The notes under the pieces were generated by a model. That model saw nothing but the letters and a program-made list of their open reading frames with translations, searched no databases and was not told the origin of the DNA. DNA of 64,000 bases, from the NCBI GenBank assembly GCA_951804945.1, contig OX638154.1, positions 83,080,001-83,144,000 of the forward strand, read 5' to 3'. This document shows positions 12,831 to 24,215 of the stretch, piece after piece (positions within the stretch are counted from its first letter, which is position 1; every line of letters starts with the position of its first letter). A program made the position numbers and the translations under genes. Origin of the DNA: Podarcis cretensis. Its lineage: Eukaryota.

Positions 12831-14905
12831 CATGAAGATGATGGCAACAATGATGAATGAGGAAAGCCAGACAGATGTTCTGAGTGGGCCTGTGGAAAAG
12901 TGATAGGTTGCTGACGCTTTTATTCCCAATCTGGCAACTTCATATTGTGCAGGCTATATCTTAAATGGACTTAGATATTTTATATGGAAATCTTGTTTGG
13001 AAAGAGCTTACATCTATAAGCTCCATGGGTAGGCTGGAGACAGATGGAAGTTTTAGGAAGATAGGTCAATGTCAAGAGGCCTACTAGTTACTTACATAGG
13101 TAGCACTCTGAAATACTTGGTCATGTTTGGCACCTCTGCTCTCTCCCCAGTTTCAGGCTTCATCAAATGCTATTTGCAAAGGGTGGGTTAGTGACTGCTC
13201 TTGTCATTCTCCAATTGGCTCTGTCTTTCTGTCTTGCACATGTGCAAATGGTGCTCCCCAACATGAAGAAAGGCTAAATCATATCCACATTTCTATTTTG
13301 CACTGCCAGAAAGAAAACATCAAAGATTTGATCCTGCATGTCATATGACTGCCTTTCTGCAAGGCAGAGAACCCAGCGCAGAGGGAGACAGTTTATCTTG
13401 ATAATCCAAAATGGAGGCTACAAATTTAATTCAAAGTTAATTTGGTGTTGCATTACGGAACAGCCTTTATTACATCCTGAGTTGTATTCAAGGTAGTCCC
13501 TGGTTCCATCAGTGCAAGGACTTCTCCTTGTTCAATGAACCGGTCTTCCCCATTCCACCTCCCACTTGCTTCCTCCATCGATTCTGGGGGTTGCCCCTGC
13601 CCTCTGCTGCAGATTGGGGGGGGCAGCGCAAGATGTAGGTGGGATGGGGGGAAGTCCTGCTTCCCTAGTGCTAATCTTTGCGCTAGTACAATTATTTTGT
13701 TGAATATCTCCTCGTGTTCATTCAGTGATTTGATAAAGCTATGACTTGCACAGCTAATCCTGCATGACTTTACTTAGAAGCAAGAGCCAGGAAGTCCCAT
13801 GGAGCTTACCTGGAAGCCATTGTAGATTCGATGGCACTGTTAGTGTCTATTGCTCCACAGCATGTGGTCTAAGATGTTTCATAAGTTTGGGGTATCGCAT
13901 TCCCATGGCTCCCAATCGTCTGTTGTGTGACCTGCTTTTAAAACTGCCGCATGTCTATTTTTAACTGCCGTTGATTTTGCTTGTCGGCTCAATTTTGTTT
14001 TTAGATTTCATTTCGTCTTGCTTTTAGCTAGTACTTTTCATCTTATTTCATCTCATGTACCATTGTAGAAAGGTGGGGAATAAATTCATAAATAGCCTGT
14101 GATTTCCCCTTATTCATTCATACTATACATACTCTAACTAATATTGTCCTCCACTGAGGAACAGTGTTTACATATTACATATTCCCCCCACCCCACCCCA
14201 CCCTACACACTCAGTTCATAGTGACTTTCCCCCCTCCCCCCTCAGCCTCAACGGAACAGCCAACTCAGGTTGTGCATATAATTCCTCTCAAAGGAGCCCA
14301 GGGTGGTTCATGAGAAGTCCCTTAACAAAGAGGGCTATAGGTTGAAAGCAAAGAAGTGGAACATGGGAAGAGGCCTTATACCAGGTCAGGATTGTCTCCT
14401 CTGACTGACTGGTGGTGGCTCTATGGATCATTAGCACCACTTTTTTAACTAGATCCCTGTTCAGGCACTAGTTTCCCTTGTGATTAGGGAGAGTATGGGT
14501 CCACTGAGTGTTCTCTTGTTCCATCATGCCACCATGCCCATCTCTGGACTCCCATGCACATTAGGACCAGGTTCTACTAAGGAGGTGTGCTAGTAGGAGC
14601 CAGTGCAGGTGGTCCTGCATGTGCAATAAGACTTTCCCCTCTCCTCTCTTGCCCACTCTGTGTTTCCCCAGATTGGCTCTTGAGAACCCACAGAATACCA
14701 CATGGATGGAGTGTGGGAGATTGCTCCCTTGGGCTACTGGAAAGCATGACATTGATGCTTCTCCAAGTTTCTCTTGTGATTAGGGAGGGTGGGAATGCAT
14801 TGGCAGCTGCTTCTCCCATCATGTCAGTATGCTCATCCCCGGCACACTATGTGCCTGGGATAACAAACAGGTGCAGTGGGGAGCCTACAGCACTTACACA
14901 AGCTC

Positions 14906-14955
14906 CTCACTTGATTCAGACCCCCTGATCCTCACTTGATTTAGACCCCCTGATC
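14906..14955. repeat. 25-bp tandem duplication
   Basis: CTCACTTGATTCAGACCCCCTGATC / CTCACTTGATTTAGACCCCCTGATC. Confidence 0.9.
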
Positions 14956-14979
14956 TATTGTGCAGGCCTTACCCTATGC

Positions 14980-15305
14980 ACAAGAAGATCAAATCTATCC
15001 ATTCTGAAGGAAATCAGCCCTGAGTGCTCACTGGAAGGACAGATCCTGAAGCTGAGGCTCCAATACTTTGGCCACCTCATGAAAAGAGAAGGCTCCCTGG
15101 AAAAGACCCTGATGTTGGGAAAGATGGAGGGCACAAGAAGAAGGGGACGACAGAGGACGAGATGGTTGGATAGTGTTCTTGAAGCTATGAACATGAGTTT
15201 GACCAAACTGCAGGAGGCAGTGGAAGACAGGAGTGGCTGGCGTACTCTGGTCCATGGGGTCACGAAGAGTCGGACACAACTAAACGACTAAACAACAACA
15301 ACAAC
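14980..15305 (+). mobile_element. BovB (RTE) LINE, 5'-truncated 3' end
   Basis: RRSNLSILKEISPECSLEGQILKLRLQYFGHLMKREGSLEKTLMLGKMEGTRRRGRQRTRWLD...WRTLVHGVTKSRTQLND; (CAA)n tail; possible TSD TACCC(T/C)ATG. Confidence 0.95.
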
Positions 15306-15450
15306 TACCCCATGGAAGTACCACAGGCTCTGTGCTGAAGATGTGGGTGGTAGTGGGCACAGCAATGACAACGTGGAAAACATTCCCCAGTCTCCTTCAC
15401 TGAATTTTAATTTCGGGGGGGGGGGGCAACTACTTGGATAGGTCTTACAA

Positions 15451-15586
15451 CAGGCATAGGCAAACTCGGCCCTCTAGATGTTTTGGGACTACAATTCCCA
15501 TGATCCCTAGCTAACAGGACCAGTGGTCAGGGATGATGGGAATTGTAGTCCCAAAACATCTGGAGGGCTGAGTTTGCCTATGCCTG
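15451..15586. mobile_element. hAT MITE (136 bp, near-complete hairpin)
   Basis: TIR CAGGCATAGGCAAACTC...GAGTTTGCCTATGCCTG; perfect 8-bp TSD TCTTACAA. Confidence 0.93.
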
Positions 15587-15759
15587 TCTTACAAGATGTC
15601 AGGAATTGAACATCAACCCTTCTAAATGCAAAGTATGTACTCTATATACTAAGTTATAGGGTCTGTGGAGGTGGGTATGGAGAATGCAAACATGGCAGGA
15701 GAGGGAGGAGAAGTTTCATTGTCTAAGTGGAATTTATTCTGCTTATGCAGTGACTTCAG

Positions 15760-15825
15760 CCTGGCGGGCTCTGGTCCATGGGGTCACGAAGAGTCGGACA
15801 TGACTAAACAACTAAACAACAACAA
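15760..15825 (+). mobile_element. 66-bp BovB 3' terminus insertion
   Basis: CTCTGGTCCATGGGGTCACGAAGAGTCGGACA..AAACAACAACAA; 11-bp TSD AGTGACTTCAG (15749-59 / 15826-36). Confidence 0.92.
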
Positions 15826-17041
15826 AGTGACTTCAGTGGATTCAACCCACCGGTCTCAAATGCTTTTTTTTATCAGCAGTTCATTTTTAATGTGCATTAA
15901 GAATGCTTTTATTTGTGTCCTAAGACTGTAATGAATCATACTTGGGGTGTGATTGTCACCAGTCCTTCAGCATTTATTCACTGCAGCAGCAGCAAAGCTC
16001 TTTTGTTTAGCTTTGTTAATGGATCAAAGATTTCCAGATGTGAACAGAAGGAAGTTCACATTACTAGGAGAGCAGCGACTTTGTGCAACACAATCAAAAG
16101 AGAGTGAATTGTTTGGTAAGCCAGCAGGCAGCCAGCAGCTTACAAAGCTTTAGAATCAAAGTATGTAGAATTATTGCACACCTGGGGCATGATATGGTCA
16201 GAGTTATACAGCTGAAGTCCTATTGATTTCAATCAATGGAATTCGAGCACTTGTTTCCCATTGAAATCAATGAAACTAAAGAGGGCTTAACTTTATATTG
16301 ATTGTGCTGTTGTTTCTTAGTTGCGGGGGGGGGGGGGGGAGGGGAGGGGGGAGGACACAAATTTTCCAAAAGATTTAACCAACATTACAAAGACTAATTG
16401 TTTGAATTTTTGAGGATTAGCCAGGTTAATAGAAAATTACATCAAATCCTAAAACGGAATTCATTTGAAACTTCCATCTTGAAACTAAAATATCCCTTCA
16501 TCCATTAAGTTTGCTAAATAATAATAAAAAACAATTACAGTAAGTATTTCTACTGTTATTTTAAAAAAATAATTCGGTTGACTCACTTGCTGTGCATGAA
16601 CTTTATAAGCATCAGCAGATATTATGGGATGGAATCCCTTGTTTTTCTGCTGGAACATTATCCTAAATATGTGCAAGTCTGCGTAGAAGCAACAGCAATA
16701 ATTTGAACTGAGACAGAAGAACATAATCTTCAAAGAGCATTGCGTATCTAAAGTATAAACTAGCATCTCCATAATGCTCACTTCAGAGACTACTAAACGA
16801 TAACCTGAAACTGCAATCCTATAGCCATGGGACTAAGTCCTTTTTAACTCAATGGGACTGACCTCTGAGTGGACTTTGTGCTACTTGAAAACCTTAAAAA
16901 TAAGATTTCTTACATTGCGTGATTCATTTGTTTTGATCACTAGTTTCCCCCCACCAGTTTATATGACTTTTGGGTTTGTGTCATTTTTCAGTAAGCCATT
17001 TCACCTTTTTTAAAACCACATTATTGGATTATTCTTTTTAG

Positions 17042-17070
17042 CTGAAAAGAAAACAGGACCTGTGCAGCAG
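17042..17070 (+). other. Candidate 29-nt micro-exon
   Basis: Acceptor GATTATTCTTTTTAG| and donor CAG|GTGAGA; purine-rich body. Confidence 0.35.
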
Positions 17071-17769
17071 GTGAGAAAGTAGTAGTGGCTGAGAAAGAGA
17101 ATTGCAGGCAGATTGTATTTCGGTGGAAGGGGTAAAAATATTTTTAGAATACTTAGATTTCTCAATCAATCACCCCCTTGAAAAAAAAGTTGGATATTCA
17201 GGCTTAGATATTACTATGCCTTACACAATATAGACAATAGTTGCATATGAGCTATGTGTCTCTTTCTGCATCCATACTCCAGGATTTTAGCTCTATTAGG
17301 CTCATGGTCTGCATGGAGTCTGCATGGAAGTCTCACTGAGTCCAGTGGGATTTACTTCAAGGTAAGTGGATGTAGAATTGCAACCATGATTCTAGGCATT
17401 TTTGCTCAGAAGCAAAGCCCACTGTTTTCAGGATTGCGGCTTCCAGTGTTTAGAAGGCAAAATGGATGGAACCCGCAGATAGAGCAGAAAATTGCCATAG
17501 GCTAACATAAGATATTGTTCGAAGAATGTAGAAATCTGTAAGCAGTGATCAGAGAGCAGAATGAAGAAGTATAATTCTGAAAGCTACATGGACCACTGAT
17601 GTGGTGCATGTGTGTATAATAAAATGGAAAGCCATCTCATGGCTGAAAAATGCAAAAATGTGCGCACATTTAGGAACATTTAGAACATATGAATGTTCTA
17701 GCCCAGCCACCACCTTGTCCCTCTGTTTCTACACAGCATTTGATCTCCAATTTTCTGAGTGTTGAAGGA

Positions 17770-18260
17770 TGCCTTCCAGACTGTAAATACAATTTCAAAC
17801 TGAAATGTGCAAATTAAGTAAATATACAGTTTTGTAATCTCAGCTGCGGAATATGTGCTTTTCTATTACAAAATGTAGTTTTCTCCTAGTTCAAAATCCC
17901 AGGTTACTTTTGGTTTTATTGACAATGGACTAATGTAATCCGTGACTTGCTATCCTTTCATCTATTAGAAATATGTTACCCATGAGTCAAACAACTGAAA
18001 ACAGTCATAGCATATTTAAATAGGTGCTGTAATTTGTGGGAAACCTATGCAGCTATTGATATATGTACCTATCAATTCTGATATGCCACATCTAGCCTTT
18101 TCTCCCCATTTCTCTGTGCAGCTGATTTCTCTGATTTACATTTACAGATCTATTTAATTAAGCTAAAGCAGAGAAGTGCATGTAGATCAGAGATAGGGTG
18201 GATATCGTGCAAGATTAATTTGCATTTTGCCCTAGACAATTTAGGGGTTGATTTTTTAGA
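17770..18260. promoter_or_regulatory. Candidate conserved non-coding element/enhancer
   Basis: Repeat-free AT-rich block with TGCAAATTA, TTAATTTGCAT (POU/homeobox), ACAATGG (Sox), TGAGTCA (AP-1), TAATTA motifs; inference only. Confidence 0.35.
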
Positions 18261-18431
18261 GGAGCAAACCAAAATTGCTATGTAAAGGTGGTATGTTTTT
18301 AACTTACTATCTGTCTCATGCATGAAAATATTATAGTCATCACTGCAATTTGCAAGTTCTCTTTAAAGTCAAAATAGTTACTCTGCTGAAGATTAATATA
18401 TGTTACAGCCAATGGTGCAGACAGCCTTAGA

Positions 18432-18757
18432 CAGAGGTGGGAAATGTTTTTCAACCCAAGACCACAATTCCTCATAGACAAACTTTCAAGGGCCGCATGC
18501 CAGTGGTGGGTGGCGCCAGAGGCAAAAAGTGAGAGGAACAACAGATGCTACTCTTGCGTTTGTGAACAGTAGGCTACATACATCTCTTCATCCTCCACCT
18601 AGGCAAGCAAGAGGATGCATTATAGGCATGCAAAAGCACTCAAGGGGGATGCAGAGAAGGGCTGGTGATGGGTGTGGTCTGGGAAGGGGGTGTGGACTTG
18701 GGAGCATCTCAGCAGCCAGGCATAGAATACTGAAGGGCTTTAGGTTCCCCTCCTTTG
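18432..18757. mobile_element. hAT non-autonomous element
   Basis: CAGAGGTGGGAA...TTCCCCTCCTTTG termini; 8-bp TSD GCCTTAGA/GCCTAAGA; related partial copy at ~34698-34880. Confidence 0.75.
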
Positions 18758-18815
18758 GCCTAAGACATTTTGGAGTCTAAGGCAGAGCATTAAAATGGCA
18801 CCCCATGCTGCATAT

Positions 18816-18819
18816 AATA

Positions 18820-18856
<37 letters not shown>
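18816..18856. repeat. (AAT)n microsatellite
   Basis: direct reading. Confidence 0.95.
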
Positions 18857-18857
<1 letters not shown>

Positions 18858-18950
18858 AGCAATAACTAAACTGCTGATTATTTTCTACCTTTTAATGGTA
18901 TCCTCAATTTGTCATGCTTGATGAACTACTTCTGTAGCTAGGAACTAGGC

Positions 18951-19073
18951 CAGTGTTTCTCAAACTTGGGTCCCCAGCTGTTGTTGAACTACAGCTCCCA
19001 TGATCCCTGCTAGCTAGGGATGATGAGAGTTGTAGTCCAATAACAGCTGGGGACCCCAATCTGAGCAACACTG
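18951..19073. mobile_element. hAT MITE
   Basis: CAGTGTTTCTCA...TGAGCAACACTG TIR; TSD AACTAGGC/AACGAGGC; internal ACTACA.CTCCCAT..GGGATGATG.GAGTTGTAGT palindrome. Confidence 0.88.
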
Positions 19074-21047
19074 AACGAGGCTCCGTGACCATATAAAATT
19101 TGGCGAATGATGACATTCACGTTGAAATGCTTGAAATGCATTTTCTCACTTTCTGAAAACACAAGACTGCTGGTAATCAATCACTTTCACCACATTTCAG
19201 GCATTTGCTGTAATATATCCAAAAATGTATTCAGGTCATGCATTGGCTTTTTTTGTGTACAGATAGATGTCAACATAAGAGCATAAAAATAGCTTTTTAA
19301 ATGCAAACCAAAAGTCCAACAAAATGCTTGGGGAAAGTCAGAGCTAGCTAGCAGGGTTAGGCTGTGTGTCTGGTGCTGGGAGTGGATTCCTGCTCCCTGG
19401 TTCTTGAATGGTGCCCACTTCAGATGACTAATGTGTGAAGTTAGCTCTAGTGGAAGACCTGGGCAATGGCATTTTAGGCATCAAACTCATCACAGATCAA
19501 ATGTTTGAATAAAACCTCAGTTGCCAAAATTATTTGCACTTTTCATTCTCCGCAGAATTTAATTATACTGTCGTTAATTGGCAAGGACAGGCTAGGGTTT
19601 AATCTAATAAATATGGAAAGACGATCAGATCCAAAGATAGACCAAGTTCTTGAAAGCACTTTTAGCAGCACATGCCCTCTTGATTTTGAACATCATGGGC
19701 TTTGAAAAAAACAAACAGAACACTCTGTATTGCTGCCACGATCACTAAAATGGTTCGGATGCGTTGGGAGTCTAAGAAGAAGCCGTTGTTAAATAGTGCA
19801 GATATGTATGTGGGGGATTTGAGTAGGAGTTAATCAAATCATTCAACCATGGCCTATTTCTCTACTAAAATAATATATAGTCTGACAACAGAAAGGACAG
19901 CCAGGGCTCGATCTGCCATTACAATCTCCATTCAGTCTGTTGAATTTCTGCATTGCTAGAATCTCTGCCTGTTGCATAAGCTTTTCCTGTATGCTCCAGT
20001 ACTCTGTGGCAATTAAATGAGGCTCAAAAAGGCAGTTTTTGACCTCAATTTGTTGGTTTTCATCAACTTAAAAAGTTTGACCTTAAGGATTTTCTTGGGG
20101 GTGGGGGAAACATTCCTATCCGTGCTACATACCATGCGTTGTTGCATTATCCTATAGAAACAGCTGCTGTGTGGAAGATTAACTGTGCATATTTTCAAAC
20201 ACAGGACTGCGACTCAAAAACATAAAAAAGAAGTACCCTCCATTGCTTTCTCACATTACACTGTAGGAGAGGCATGGATGCTCCCTTGAGTCTCAGAGAT
20301 ATGAAAGCGAAGCATACTTATGAGAACAGAAATACAGGAAACTAACTTTGGAAACAAACCTTGGCTGGAGGGGTCTCACTGCTGAACTTGGGGTTGCTGC
20401 CAAAAGCACAAGTTCCATTTCAGTTCTTCTCATCCCTAGTAAAGTTAGTTTTGTTCCAAGACCCTTTGCCTAGCTAACTCAGTGTTGTGGTCTCAGACTG
20501 GGGCCTTTGCTATTCACTGCCACTTGACCCTTAAAAAACACACCAACAAACCTAGAAATGCTTGAGATTGAACCTGAGCGCTTCTGCATGAAATTATTAT
20601 TATTATTGTTGTTATTATTATTATTATTACCCTGCCCATCTGGCTAGGTTTTCTGCAACTGCAGATACTTGAGAAATTTGATCTTTCTGAATTCCCTTAT
20701 GGAATTCCGATGTGGATTGGAATTTAGATAGACACCAAATTTCCAGATGCCGTGGCACAGTTCTTAGTGGTCTAAATGTATTGATTCCCACATTCAAATA
20801 TGTATTTCAGGTGAAAAGTAACAGTTTAAGTACATATTTTGAGGAGGGAAATAAGCGTTGAAATACATCATATCTTGAGAGGAATTTTGTTTAAGCGTAG
20901 ATTAATGCTGAAGTGGAACAGAATTATTAAAAAAGGTGTGATGAAAGTCAGATGGGTTAGAAACAGGTTCATCCGCCAGGTAGGTAAGAACACGATGCGG
21001 GATTAAATGGGCCTTTTTGTATGATGCTGCTTTCTTGTGTTCTTATC

Positions 21048-21400
21048 CAGGGCTGGCATTTTGCCACCTGAGGCAGACCACAAAATGGCGCTTCTCCTCT
21101 GTGCTAGGGTGAGTGAGGAAGGGGTGAGTGAAGATCTACGTCAGGAACCAGGGGAGAATTAATATCTGCATTGGGAACAAGGGGAGGGGACCAGCAGCTC
21201 CTCCTATTCACCAAGAAGCTGCTATAGAGATGACATTGGGAGGGATGCTGAGGAGCAGCAGATTTGGCCTTCAAGGAGCACACCACAGCTGTCGCTGCCA
21301 CCATAACAAAAACATTCCCTGGAGGCGGTATCTGCTGCCTCTGTGAATCCTGACACCTGAGGTGGTCACCTTACCTTGCCTCATAGGTGGGGTAGGGTGG
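21048..21400. mobile_element. hAT-like non-autonomous element (family of 27640-27813, opposite orientation)
   Basis: Starts CAGGGCTGGC; shares the GATCTACG/ATC..AGGAAC.AGGGGAGAAT segment with the 27.7-kb copy; ends CCTTGCCTCATAGGTGGG. Confidence 0.55.
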
Positions 21401-23560
21401 GGTCTCCATTCACATTTTGCATTTCTGGACCTCATAACCGCATCATTGTCGGGGCAGAGGAACAGCGCGAGTAAGCTTGCCTAATGGGAGAGAGGAGGTG
21501 AACACGGGCTGACTTTTCATTGGCAGCTACATCTGGTTCCGCCCTCGAACATGCAGTGAGAAAAGACTCCAAAACAGAGCGTTGGCATTTGTGTGTGTGT
21601 GTGTGTTCAGATATGGGAATGATTTGAGAGAATATGCCCTTGCATTTAAAATAAGATACACAATGTTAATGAAGGCAGGCAGACTATGACTGGGTATATA
21701 ATGCATTATCTAAAGACTTGCAGTACAGACTCAATCTACATCAGTGCAGTGAAATGTGGAGTGTTTGACAACATCATCTGATAGCATAATTGTATCCCTT
21801 CCTTCCTGAAATTACACCACTATTCCACAGAACAGACAGACATCTGGAAAACCTACTGCATAAGTAGCAGCTGTGATTCCTGTGCTAAATTAGGAAGTCA
21901 ACTGGGTTTCCCCCTGGTTTTGTTACAAACCATTTTTTGTAACTTTAGAGGTATAATAACTATTTGCTAATTTCATCTGTGAAAACAAAATCAGAGAGAG
22001 TTATATAGCCTGACTTTTCCTTGCACTTTAGAAGGTTTTTCAATATGTTGCATCAATTATTTATTTATTTAAAATATGTTCCGTGTAAGAACTCTTGCCT
22101 CAGTTTTGATAATTTTGTTAGCCATCATTACCTCCAGATTTTAAAAAGGCAGAGTGTAATTAATATAAGGAATGTGTCGTCATATACTGATGGGCAAAAA
22201 TGTTAAATAAAAGATAGTAACCAAAAACTACCCTGATTTTGTAAAGAAACAGAATTAAATGAGGACAGATTACTTTTCTCTTTTGACCAGTTTTGTAATC
22301 ACTGCTCAGCCACTGGAAGAGATTTACAGCTCAGCCCTAAACGTGTCTACTCAGAAACAAGTCCTGTTGAAATAAATAAGTCGTGTTATGTGCAGTTCGG
22401 ATTGAAGCCATAGACAAGCATATTCAAAGGAAGAGGCCACAACTTTATTTGCAGGACTTGTAATGGGTGATTACAGCAAGTGCAAGAAAGCATCCCATTA
22501 CATATCACCACCATCATGTGTATTAATTAAAATATTAAACGGGAGCCATAATATTAAATAACAGCTGCATTTTTCAAGTTTAAACACAACAATGTAGCAT
22601 CCTCTATGACATGGTAGAAGTGTCCCATGTTGCTTGTATTCATCAAAGGGTGGTGTATTCTACCACCAACTGAAAAGGCAAAATTTCCAGGGAGGAGAAA
22701 CCTGAAATTTATGGACATATTTTAGTGGGGAAAACGTCTCATTTGAGGATATCCAGATGTGTGGATTTCAACCACAAGATTCATTTTCTCCCTAAAGCAC
22801 AGCGAAAGTCTTTCTCTTGATTGACGCACCAACGTGGCTCCCTCTTTGTGATCTTTTATTCTGTGCTGAGTTGTACAGCTTAGGGGCCGGAGCTCCTGAA
22901 AGCAACCTCCACCTGGAGGGCACTTTAAAGTGCTCCCTGTGGCGATTGTTTCCATGCAGCAAACTGTTTGTGTGCAGTGGATTGCGATGCCAAACTGGGG
23001 GTTTTGGGGAAGGATTTCTCTCCATGACACCACAAACCTCCTTAAGAAAATGCAAAGCATCCTCCATGTAAAAGTTATTTTGTGTGCATTAGTGTTTTTT
23101 AGTTATTTCTGGTACACGAGTGTGCAAGCCCCAGTTTGGGTGCTTTTAAACGACAACCCACATGGAGAGAGCTGTTCATACAGTTACAATTTTCCAACAC
23201 ACGCTCCCACTGATGATTGTGGGGGGAACCAAGCATACAAGCCTCAGGCCTTGTGTACCACAAGCCTTTTGGGTTTGGAAGCCCACTCACTTCTGTATGG
23301 GCTGAATGGCCAAGCCTTGAATGTAAGAACAGCCTTGATCTAGCCCAGGGTCCTACTTTCTGAAGTAGTCAACTGGATGGCTCTGGGATAGTCACAAGCA
23401 GACAGACATGGTCAAATACATTTTGCTTCCTGAAGCGAAGGACAAAGCAATGCCTCACATTTCATGTACTAAAGCCTATAGGGATGTTATGGATCTCACT
23501 GCAGCTTTGGCAGTGGAAAGTGTCCTCTGTGGCATGTAAAAGCAGGATGCTAGGGGTGCT

Positions 23561-23807
23561 CAGAGGTGGAGCTAGCTGCTCCAGCACCCAGAGCAGCCCA
23601 TGGGGGCGGGGCTAGCAGCCTGAGGGGCGGGGCTAGCTGCCATGGGGTGTGTCGGTGTCGGTGTGCATCCCAGGGGGGTGCGTCAGCGTGCATCCCAGGG
23701 GAGTGCGCCAGCGGTGGGGAGCATCCTGGGGGGGCATTGCCAGCGGCAATGTCACCCCCCTCAGGGAAGGCACTCAGGCCAGCTACACCCACTGTGCTCC
23801 GCTACTG
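23561..23807. mobile_element. GC-rich hAT (Tip100-like) MITE
   Basis: CAGAGGTGGAGC...GCTCCGCTACTG TIR; perfect 8-bp TSD GGGGTGCT; two internal GGGGCGGGGCTAGC GC-boxes. Confidence 0.85.
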
Positions 23808-23949
23808 GGGGTGCTGCGTGGGATATGTGTTACACACTACTCTGTTCTCATAGGGAAGTAAGAAGGTATTGGCTTCTATTATGACCCATGGTCATTGCAA
23901 TGTTTCCATTCTGCTGCAGTTTGACTTCTGGGGAAAAACAAAACCCTAC

Positions 23950-24215
23950 CTTATTTGTCTTGCAGTCTGCTGTGGCATAATTTTAATTATTTTAATTAGC
24001 ACAACAATATTCTACATCATTCATTTCAGTGCAAAGGGGAAACATCGCAAAGGCGGGGGACGACCACATCATCAATTAAATTTCGTTTGCAGACTGAAAG
24101 CAGAAATAACAGTGAACAACCAACTGTATTTACTGAATTGATTTCAAATCTGGACATGGAATAATAAGCCAACATTAGCAATTTTCATTTTCACTTGAAT
24201 TCTCTGACATCCCTC
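23950..24215. promoter_or_regulatory. Candidate conserved non-coding element
   Basis: Dense TAATT/ATTA/CATCAATTAAA/TGATTT motifs in repeat-free sequence; inference. Confidence 0.35.

Noticed and set aside
16322-16355. G-tract / G-quadruplex
   Set aside because: Homopolymer G/C runs occur throughout the window (e.g. 3104, 11497, 15415, 30048); nothing specific here.
23550-23884. GC-rich island with Sp1 boxes and ORFs as a gene promoter
   Set aside because: Bounded by hAT TIRs and a perfect 8-bp TSD; it is a MITE.
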